A DNA stretch of 58,061 nt, counting the filler, from Sphacelaria rigidula (Eukaryota), in the NCBI GenBank assembly GCA_964200075.2. It is 4 parts of 4 records of this genome, joined end to end, with 100 filler letters (N's around TTAATTAATTAA, not from the genome) between each part and the next. Parts side by side here need not be neighbours in the genome. Positions count along the whole stretch, not along the records: positions 43,623 to 58,061 come from CAXNAA020002243.1; 3 more parts are not named here. One strand, 5' to 3'. The notes below the pieces were generated by a model. The model saw only the letters and a program-made list of their open reading frames with translations, did no database searches and was not told the origin of the DNA. The position numbers were made by a program, and so were the translations under genes. Position 1 is the first letter of the stretch. Every line of letters starts with the position of its first letter. This document shows, piece after piece, positions 48,182-58,061 of the stretch.

Positions 48182-51100
48182 GCAAAGGATGGGCTCGACC
48201 GCGGTGGGCTGGAGCAGCTGTTCAGCTTCCCGAGCCTGGAGCTCGGTCTTTCACGAACAGAAGCTGAGGTGTGGCCATTACCAATGTACAGCCATTATTG
48301 ACGCCAAGAGGCTCTCGGCTTCCTACACGCAGCGTGCTGGATGATTCCGGGTAGCATAACTATTTGGTGATCGCGAGTGCTTTGACGGCGAAACGGAAAA
48401 CATCTCCGTTCATATTTTATCCCTCTCTCTCTGTATCTCTCTGTGCGGTGTGTTGGACCTCAGATGACGTTTCCTTTTCGGTGTGTTCGAGTCGTTGTGC
48501 AGTCCGAGAATTTATCCGCAGTAATTTTCGGAAGCATCTGGAGGTATTCTGATGCCATGGATGTCAATGTGCCACGGTGTTCATTGCAGGCCATGTTATC
48601 AGGAGGCCTCTTCGGCGTAGTGTGTAGTAGCCTATCTAACAAACGAACGACCTCACGGCTCCGAATGCCTCACGTGCTAGTCCTTGGGCATGAGATGATA
48701 CACGTAGATGCGGCATATCTTGAGCGTGCGTGATGATGTACCGATGATCCCGAAAGGCTGCTGACCTCGGCGTTTGCTCGTGGGAATCTTGAAACGAACA
48801 AAACGCGGTGAAAAACAGAAAAGCCTAGACAACAGCCGGCCGAATTCCTCCAGAAAACGTATCATGTGTCGGTTGGGTTATGTAGCGACTGCCAAACATA
48901 ACGTCGACGCGGAAAACGCCCACGCCCGTACGTAGCCGACCCTTTTTGTTTTGGCTGTTCTGCATGGCACGTCGGTACAGCAACTGGCTAATGCCGCACT
49001 AGCACACGCAGGAGGTCGGGATACGATGCGTTTCCCAGCTTTGACGGCTTTCCTGATGGAACAGGCGGAGGCTGGTGATCGATCCAACGGTCATGTTTCA
49101 CCGGGTCCTTTCGATTCTCCGGTGCAAAGGTGAGGTGGGAGATTCCGAGGGTTATCCGCCCCGTGATGGAAGGCAGTTGTGCCTCCCTGTATTGATATGA
49201 ATGTCTACGTTGCTCTCCTATGAAAAGCCGCGCATGGCACCGGTACGGTAGCATAGTTATCTTCCAGCAGCTAAGCCCTGGAGGGACCTCAGTCTGTGTC
49301 AAATGGGGTGGGCTCAGATTCGCGGAAATTCAGATCCGTGTGTACCACGTTATGGCTTCACAGATTTGTTGAAATAGTTGTGTACATGGAGGGTCATTTT
49401 CCGTAGGGATGTGGTATCACAGTCGTGAAATCAAAGAACAGGCAGGCAGTGAATCCTCCTTCAAGAGAAGCGTCGTACCGTGGTACCCTGGGATTTAATG
49501 CCGCTCATTACACTCCACCATCACAGTACGATAATACCGTGTGGTGATACATGACGGTGCAGTCGATATTGCGAGAACAGTGCACAGTGGGCGACAAGAG
49601 TTCACGAGTGCAGTGCCATCAATCACGCTGCAATGACAGCGACAGCAGAGAGTAGGATAGTACAGTACCGTTTGTTATCATGATACATACAGCAGCGCAG
49701 CGCAGCATAACATATGACCATCACCGCAGGGTACGCGTCAACACGTCTTATCCGCTTGTCAAACCCCGTGCGAAGCTGCTTCACCAGCTGGCGTTGGCAG
49801 GGACGGCCTGTGCTGTCACGAGACTGTCTTCAGCTGCGGTTGAAAAACTATCAAATGCCTGTTGCCCTATCACCGTACGTCATTGTAGACGTACGTTGCT
49901 TCCTCAAGATTCGGGGGATCTCGATTTTCCCGCGATCTGCGTTCAGATTCGGGGGAGACCGTTCTCAAATCGTGACATGCGAATCTGAGCTTCCTCGATT
50001 TGGGCCAAATCGGGGTCCATAATAGGCGTTTCCCGATGAAAGTCCTCTAGATCTGCGTACAGATCGAGCTTTGTTACTGCGATAAAAAATTGTCCAAGTA
50101 TGGCGTAAGAACGACCATGGTGGTCGATAGCGGACACATAGCCAACGTCATGGGAAATGATCAGAGGGCAATATGTTTGACCCTCAGACAGCGAGCGTCG
50201 CCTCGGAACAGCTCCACAGGCTGACAGTCCGGAGACATTCGGGGGTTTCCAGTGGCCGGGGGGCGGGGAGGGGGGGGGAGGGGGGCGTACTCATTTGTTG
50301 CTTGCCTTAGTCGTTTGACCATTGACCACGCATCCCTTTCGAGACGGAGCACGCGGGGAGGGGGGGGAGAATTGTCCCCAGAGCATTCGAAAAGCTCGCC
50401 AAGTCAACCATGTGCCTTTGGAAGTTTTCCGCGGAAGATTCGAAGCCAGGAACGAGGCCCGAGAGGCGCGGAGTGACCATTTTGACCAGTCACGGCCGTC
50501 GAAATGAGCACGTAGTTCGCCTACAGGTGGACTACTTTGCTGTCTACTGGCATATTTCATTTTGATCATGGCTATTCAACCATAGATTACATGAGTACAA
50601 TAACTTGTTTTGTTCTCTGCTCGAGGTCTGTGCCGCCTGTCTGACGCCTTATGTGTTGCCAGCATAGCTTCACGCTGTAGTGTTGTTGTTGAACACTAAG
50701 CAGAGGCATCAGTAGCATGCAGTAAATTGTGTCCGGTCGAGAGCGATGGCGCACGTATACTATCTCTTGCCGTTGCATTCAGCGAAGACGCACAGCACAC
50801 ATAAATACTGACTCTGGACGCTATTGATTGCAGGAACAAAACTGGTCAGGGGTTTTCCGGGACTATCTTTTGTGTAGATGCCATATATCCACATGTTTAT
50901 GAAAAGGGCATTTTGTGTAGCAAGAAAGAGCTCTTCTGAACCCCAAATGTGGCATAGTCCGACTCAGTCCACCTGCGGGGGGGTCTCTGTCCAAGGGTTG
51001 AGAGGATTCTCAAGACCATTCGCCAAAAATTCATGGTCGGAAATATTTGGGTTCAGTATGGTCCATTAGATTGTTTTTTTACACGGCTTTTAGTCCCCAG

Positions 51101-54100
51101 AGCTCTGCCAATGCACACGTTGGTTTGAATGCATGCCCCTTGTCCAAGGGTGCTCGGTCTGCCTTGGGGTGGGATTTTGGATCTCGTGCGCCGGTAGGCG
51201 ATTACCCTCCTCAATATGCTCGACGTGCAGCTCTACGTATACACGAATAATTCACAACAAAAAGTAAGGTAAATGCCGTTATGGGGCCGCTTTCTCATTT
51301 CCATGCGTGTTCGTTTTTTTTCATCTTCAGGCCGTGTCTTCGCAAATCATTTCTCGATCGAAAAAGTGCGGCAGGAAACAAAAATTCTGAGCTGGCAGGT
51401 CGTAATTTCAACATAAATGACGATGGCTGAAATCACGACCTATCAGATCAAAATTCCATTTTCCATTGCCCTGGTGGCTCAGTTGGTAACTTCGAAATCT
51501 TCTGACGGTTGGGTCGTGGGTTCGAATCTCGGTGCAGGCACACCATCTGGGACTTTTTTTGACACCATTCCCAACAGTTGAGTGCGATTATGCCGTGGGT
51601 ACAAAAAAACGACTTCGCGGTCGACGAGGAAAATGGACTGCTGGACCCCTCTCGCGATAAAAAGTAAGGCAAGCACTGCAGACCGAAGGTGGAGAACTAA
51701 AACAAAAGAAGAAAGGGGAGATACTCCCGTGTTGGCCTTTCTCCTGTGTTACCCCGTTTGACACGCCCACATTTGCCCAAAGGTGTAGACTGGCGTCCAG
51801 AATAGATGGGATGACGACACACATACACACCGCACCTGTCAATCGAAAAGCAATGTGCTAAGACACGCCCTCAGATCTCAACCATGTACCAACGTAAAAA
51901 TTCGAATGAGCCAACAAGAAGATGAAGCGCAGGGATGGTGATGTGAACGCACGCACGCTCAGCGGCGCATTTGATCATGGTGACATTTCTCCGCACTGGC
52001 TTCATACACACACAGCACACATAAACACAATCCAGCGGCTTCCACAAGCGTCACACTCTCCAGCTGCCGCCTTCTGTGCTATGATACTGTAGCATAGCAC
52101 GCAGGAGCATGACTGGTGGGGCACTCGTCGAGCTTACGCCTAGTCTAGTGCCGTGCCACCGACAGACAAAACCGTGCCGTCCGCATGGCGTGCAACCCGC
52201 TGCAAGTCAATGAGGACACGAAAATTGCACTCTTGGCCTCAGATAAATATATATAATACTTATATATATATATATATTTATACACTGCGACATCATGTTT
52301 TCGTTTCTCGACACCAGCACTGGCTATATGTAACACACAGGCACTCGACCCAGGGGCTTACACAAGAACCACACTCTGTAGGCCCTTGCGATATGGCTGG
52401 TGCTGTAGCACTCACAGTACGCCTAGTACCGTGCAACCGACAAACAAACCGTGCCGTTGGCAAAGCACTCGTGGGCAACCGGATGCAAGTCAATTGCGAC
52501 AACAGTGAACAACGGTCATAAACGACCCATTCTTATCGACACCATTTTTCCGGAGGTCTGTGCGAATTTTCCGGACATATATTGGACTCTGCGTTCGAAC
52601 TTCCCTGAAGATGAAGCGGCTTGATTTTTTCTCCGGAGCTTTTCTTTTCGGAGAAGTCCAAACACTTCCGAATTCAATACAGCACTTCGGAGAGCTGCCT
52701 TGTGTTTACGGCGTGGCGCTCGCAAGCGTTCGAGAATCCTCAGGGACCTTGCCAGTGACACCTTGGGCGATGTCGGAGAGTAAAAAGCTCCGTCGGTTGG
52801 CGGGTGTGGTGTCCTCGGGGCGGCGAAGGCGAGCCAACGACGAGATCGACACTATGTCCATCTTGAGAGATTTAACGGCAACGGGAGTGCTCAATAAGAA
52901 TGGGCCGTTTGGAGCTCTTCAAAATTTCAGGACTTTTTCAAAAATCATTTCGCATGATAATGAGCATATGCTGTTAATATGAACGTGCCAGCGCTTGTGG
53001 CCTGGGATACTCCGATGTGCACTTTCCAAGACGGGGAGCAGAATCGACTGCACCGGAGAGGATACGCCTTGTGCTTCACTAGATAGTGACGTACCTGAGT
53101 TTTTAGTGAGTGAAGCGCGTGCTGCTGGTGTTTGCAACCGTTCAGCACCAAGGTAGTATTCCGCTTGTCATGATGGCTTACCGGCCTCATCACAACAACA
53201 CTACAAGCTGTTATGCATATGAAACGCGTGGTCGGTAGTCCGTGTATGCTGGAGGCGGATAGGGACGTGCAGTCTCCAAACAACACCCCCCGCCCCCCCC
53301 ACGATTGGGGTTGTTCAGTGAAATGTGAGAAGTTAACAAACGCGCCACTCCGGGAGGCGTGGGTTGGCCCACGACGAGCGTTTGCGTGATGGCTGTCGCC
53401 GGTCGTTGCCGCACTGGGGTCAAACGACAGGGATGAGAATATCCGAGAACGGGCATCAGTGCGGAACGGGCATCAGACAGATTGGCACCATTGTTATATT
53501 CCACCATAACACACTCATTTTGCACAGCTGGAGAATTTAAGCTTTGGTCGTTCCCACGCGGGAAAGAGAACGGGCCCATCGTGTTATCTAACAGGACCTG
53601 CAGTGTATTCATTCTGTGTCCTCCACGTCCTAACTCATGCTAGTGCCTAGTGCCTAGACTACCTGTTGTTCGCGTATGAGCAGTGGTTCACCTGGGTCCC
53701 ATCTGAGGGAGTATACAGTAGCACCCAAGGGCTTCAGTCGACAATCCCCCTGCCTGCATGTACCCTGCCAACACCGCGTATCTGCTGCACATCAGGAATA
53801 AGCAATAAAGCGAAACTCTTCCAGGGAAAAAATGAAAATGCGAGAAAATATCCACAATGCCACATGCCTTGTTAATCTTCAATTCGAAGAAGCAATCGAC
53901 AAGTAGGCTGCAACGAGGCGGGATATCCTTATCCGCAAATTGACAGTCCGCCACCTCTGCCCACATCATCCCAACATCTTAAAAAGTCTGTAACATGGAC
54001 AAGAATAATCGACGTGTACCCTGTCTACATGCACACTGCCCGCAGCGCTGATCTGCTGCAAATAGAGGAGGGCAATCCACGTCTATGCTGGCCATCCGTC

Positions 54101-57100
54101 TGCCAAGAACGCATATTCGTTGCGAATCGTTGACAATTGGAAATACTAATAGGGTGAAACAAAAAAACTGGCGGATGAAAACACGAACCGATTGGGGTAA
54201 CAGGGCAATGAAATGTGCGTTCCAAGGAAGGGGAAGGCACATGCCACGTCTTCTTGTCGGCGGAACGACAGATCACCACAACTGCCTACAACGCTCTGCA
54301 CACCAGGAAAAACACAGGAAATATATATATATATATATATATGATCGTCCACACACACCCTTCTATACTACATGTACCCCATCCACAACGCCAATGTGCT
54401 GCGGATTGGGCAAAATCGAAAGAAACAAGAGGAACGGGAAGGAAGTCTAGATGAATCCACACAGGTCAAAAATGTACACGAAGCGATCGGGCGGACAGGG
54501 GGATGAGGCTGAACACGTGAAGAAACAAACAAATTGGTGGTTCAGGGAAAAAAGGGAATCTCGAGGGCGAAATCGGGGGAACTCAACTTTCTGAGGGACG
54601 CGCAATCGTTGGGCTTATAAAGGAAATATTTCTGAGCGAAAAGGGTGAAAATACTGCCATCTCAGCGCTCGGGAAGACGAGCCTGAGGTGAATCCTGTTC
54701 TCTCAGAGCTCCCCTGGAAAAAAGTGCCATGATTCAAGGCCACGCGTAATCCGAAAAAATATGTATACGAAGAGTAACTGTTGCGCTTTCTATGGGGAGG
54801 CGAAAAGTTGAACTGAAAATTGGTTTGGGGGCGTCTGACATAGGGTTTTCACCCTAATACAGGCATGAATAACGTCACATATGTTGGGCACTGTGTATCT
54901 ACCACCTAACGGAGAGAAGCCTAGCTCATCTTTCCGATTTCCTACGCTCTTAAATTTTGGGAACGACCCGTTGCCAAAGATCCAACTGGACATGAAGCAA
55001 TGTGCTTGTCGTGATCATTATAGGATTCCCACATCATCTTCACACTATCTCATTTCCAGGTGGAGCTTGGCAAGCAACCATTCGCGAAATATTGCAGCCG
55101 AGCAAATATGACAAGCGGAGTACAGATAAACGGGCCACCTAGTCCGTGTCGCCCCCACAACGCCAACTTGGGCATTGTGGTTTGAGCACGGTCTGCTTTT
55201 TTTGCCGAAACTGTCGACGCTAGCACTTTCGAGTGCTTATGGGAAATATGATGCGAAAAACCCCCCGAAAAGAGGCCATCCGCAGAAAATGCTAAACTGA
55301 GGTCTGTGCAGTACAGGAGGGAAACACGATTTCGATCGTTATTGTGAAGAGTTGTATACGTATTCATTCATCTGAATATTTACCATTTTGTTGCGGAAGA
55401 GCCGGCAATTGTTATTATTGGACCAAAAAGGGCAATAACACCCTCCTGATAAACGGGGTATCTAGTCCGTATCGCCCCAAAAATACCAATTTGGGCATTG
55501 CAGTTTGAGCGCGGCCTACGCTTTCCCCCTAAATCTACCGGCGCTAGCACTTTCAAGTAGTAATGAAGAATATCACTCAAGAAACACTAAAAAACTACAA
55601 CCACTACGAATTGTAAACACTTCTGATGCTGACTACTATAGGCTCTTCTCGTAAGCCGGTAAGATAATGCATCCTGTTCAAGACATTTACTTGGAGGCGA
55701 TATGTCGTGTTTCGAGGACACAGATGGTGTCAACTGTCCCAAAACTCATACAGTAAATCATAATGACGTGTTTCGCCTGCACGGATGTATGATTCGTTCA
55801 TTTTATCCTTCTCTCAATCCAACGACCTCCATCCCTATGCATGACTGTTGGCAGACCCGCCCGGCTCGCGGACGATCCCATCGCGCAGTCCATTGCGAAG
55901 ACTGTCAGGGAAGGGCGGTCCGAGCTGCGTCTAGCGGGAGGCGACGAAGAGAGCCGTCTAGCATGCGCCGTTCACCTTAGGAATGCCTTCCGCAAACGCA
56001 GGAAAAACTTGGGTGAGATCCAGCTCACTTCGCGCCGTTTGTGCTAAATTGTTTTGGACCGTCGCTGCATTTCTCGGCGTTTACTGTGTTTCATCGTGTT
56101 CCTGGTACTTTCGATTTGTGCCCGTGGGCTGGCTGGTCAGGCCAAGCCAAAGGAGGTGTGTTGTTTCTAGCTGCGTCATATTGTGCCTCCAACAAGAGGT
56201 AGCTGTGAGATGAAACTCATGATACCCTTGGACGTTCAGAAGTCGAAGAGAGCGCTCACGCTGAATGCAAGTAATCATCGACTCCACGCTGAAATCAAGT
56301 TATTTTGTGGAAATCATGGAACGCTCAAGTAATCCTCAACACCTAGCCGACAGCTGTCTTTTCAAGAAACGTCGTTACCCCCACCCCAACCACCAAACGT
56401 CAACTGTAGGAGCATGCAGTAGCCCTACAAGTCTTGATATCAATATATGGGCACCCGCGCGTAAACCATTTGCTCTTGACTGTTATACAGACGACTTTAT
56501 CCGCATGCTACGACCCTCTTTAAGGGTGGATGGATCTTTTCATGCCGTGTAAAACCATGGTTATCAAAATGTACGACGAGCAGTCGTGATGACGTAGTTT
56601 ATGAGTGACGGGTTATTAGATTGTACAATAGGGTCGTGCTGTTAAATAACGAGTGGGGGAACAGAGTACATCGTATTCGTACCGTACGGACGACGTGTGC
56701 GGACGAGTGCGGAAAACGTGCAAAGGAGTCGCGCTACATCAATGACGATTGGGAACGGTGAACAAAGCGGATTATATATTGGCGTCACGAGTTCAAAATA
56801 TAAAATAATCATGATTATGCGTCACATGAGCGAAGGCTTGGTTATAAAAACAATAGACTTCTACAAGTGAGGGTACGAAGAAAGGATTCGGAAGGTGTCG
56901 TCAACCACTCGAACGCCAAAAGCCTAGGAACTACTATTCAGGCAACCGCGATCGCCTGTTTTGCTGGTCGTTTTCTTGATCGGCGTTATAGGAGGCGACC
57001 CAGGCGGAATCGACGACTGCAGTGTGGCAGCGTCGGATCTTCCTGGCCTGCTGCAAGATATGGGCGTTGCCGTCACCCCAACACAATCTGCGTTTCTGAT

Positions 57101-57104
57101 CCAG
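48182..57104 (+). CDS. Internal exons of a probable degenerate EF-hand-like protein (48182-48268, 49012-49129, 55855-56012, 56992-57104); model incomplete, continues off-contig
   Basis: The last three exons join in phase (2,1): ...TMRFPALTAFLME...VQR|PARLADDPIAQ...LRNAFRKRRKNLG|GDPGGIDDCSVAASDLPGLLQDMGVAVTPTQSAFLIQ. Helix-loop-helix patterns (GLDRGGLEQLF...LGLSRTEAE; DLPGLLQDMG) resemble EF-hand proteins. The link between 48268 and 49012 is unresolved. Confidence 0.5.
50281..50352 (-). mobile_element. Short retroposon-like repeat, copy E, within a duplicated G/C-run target
   Basis: Flanked by gcgggga(g)9ag (50263-50280) and gcgggga(g)8ag (50353-50369). Confidence 0.85.
51468..51830 (+). mobile_element. 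tRNA-derived SINE, family 1
   Basis: Head gccctggtggctcagttggt (A box) ... ggttcgaatctc (B box), a non-tRNA body and a (CA)-rich tail. The tail is also present at 12941. Confidence 0.8.
52516..53090 (-). pseudogene. Second, longer remnant of the unidentified multicopy protein (antisense within an intron)
   Basis: Homology to 22115-22392. One frame runs through ORFs 52919-53137 and 52706-52894 with in-frame stops. Confidence 0.6.
55125..55554 (+). repeat. Diverged ~107-bp direct repeat pair (55125-55230, 55448-55554)
   Basis: gataaacggg...ctagtccgt.tcgcccc...ttgggcattg...gtttgagc...cgctagcactttc in both copies. Confidence 0.8.
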
Positions 57105-58061
57105 GCAAGAAAATTATTCGATAGTGTGTCGACATCAGACTCAGCAAAAAAAATCTCACCAATACACCTGAGCTCTGCGATTTCGTGTTAGAGGAGAGCA
57201 CGGAGCGTACCACGTAATCGTGTATAGGTGTAAACGTATCCGCCCCAGTAGACATGAGGTACCTCCGTTCAATCTGGCGAGGCAGTGTCCCGCCCCCTGA
57301 ACCAGAACAACGAACGGGAACACCGATGACCCTGTGCCAACAGATGCAAAACCCGTAGCACTTTTCCGCGCCACACTGCTTCTTTCGGCGTCAGGGTGTC
57401 ACGCCAGCGCGTTTTGACACCAGAATTCCACAGTTGACAGCACAACGAACAGCTAATGGGTACTGCGTCAGGGTATAGAGGATCCCCGAACAAGGAACCC
57501 TTTATGACACTCTGACATACGCGCTGAGGATCTGATGACATTCCCCCTTCCCTCGCACTCGTTGGCTGGTCACCGTACTTTCTGTGTGCGTATGACCAAA
57601 TGTCCCCCTACCTCGCACCACACGCGTTGCATCAGAAGTGCTGCCGACGCCAGGTACTGCATGGTCGTGCTGGACCAGGCGGGAAAACAGAGATGCCGGT
57701 TAGGGCTGGTGACGTGCTAGCTTTCTTCAGAGAACTGCTCTCGCAATAGCTCTTCTGCACTCTTTACGACGTCCGCGGCGGAGCTTTTTTCCTTTCTGCC
57801 CTTGTTTACTGCTTCACTGATTTGGCTAGGAAATGGAACAAAACGTACGATCGATGCCCAGGTAGTCTACTACGACGACCGTGAGTGTGCGCTAGTCGGT
57901 GGTGAGACTCGAATAAAAAATCCCCCACCCCCCAGTTGACTGGTTAGACACCCAGGAGGCAGTGTGAAAGCCGTGACTGTCTCTGGAAGTGGCGATACCA
58001 CAGAATAAAACAACTCATTGTTGGCTGTCATCCCAATGCAACATAATCAGTAGGCTTCGGG

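Noticed and set aside
51468..51545. Functional tRNA gene
   Set aside because: A/B boxes are present but there is no convincing cloverleaf, and it runs into a repeat body whose tail recurs elsewhere, so it is a SINE head. The same applies to 45855 and 46344.

Overview
This is eukaryotic, intron-rich, repeat-rich DNA, most likely from a brown alga or a related ochrophyte (inferred from gene architecture and repeat content, not proven). It is not one locus. Four separate contigs (1-14442, 14543-28983, 29084-43522, 43623-58061; lengths 14442/14441/14439/14439, i.e. sorted by size) are joined by artificial 100-nt N44-TTAATTAATTAA-N44 linkers, so adjacency across linkers means nothing. Contig 1 holds nested repeats (a ~41-bp minisatellite element with a hAT-like compound insertion), an 8-exon gene for an uncharacterised membrane protein with an LRGG motif and probable GC-AG introns, and a pair of long inverted arms. 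Contig 2 holds the 3' end of a CCDC191/Sfi1-repeat-like gene, a convergent Mediator subunit 8-like gene with probable micro-exons, and a nested-hairpin element. Contig 3 holds an LTR-like segment and a defective Ty3/Gypsy chromovirus-type retrotransposon (long gag region with CCHC knuckle, protease, RT, RNase H, integrase, chromodomain) that is cut off by a MITE. Contig 4 holds the 3' exons of an unknown gene, tRNA-derived SINEs, and scattered exons of a probable EF-hand-like gene with a repeat-filled 6.7-kb intron. The most notable candidates for something undescribed are (i) a short retroposon-like family that ends in, and appears to target, poly-C tracts with 13-18 bp TSDs, (ii) an unidentified protein-coding repeat family found on two contigs, and (iii) the unusually long gag region. 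All gene models were built by eye from splice signals and reading-frame continuity, and no database searches were run.
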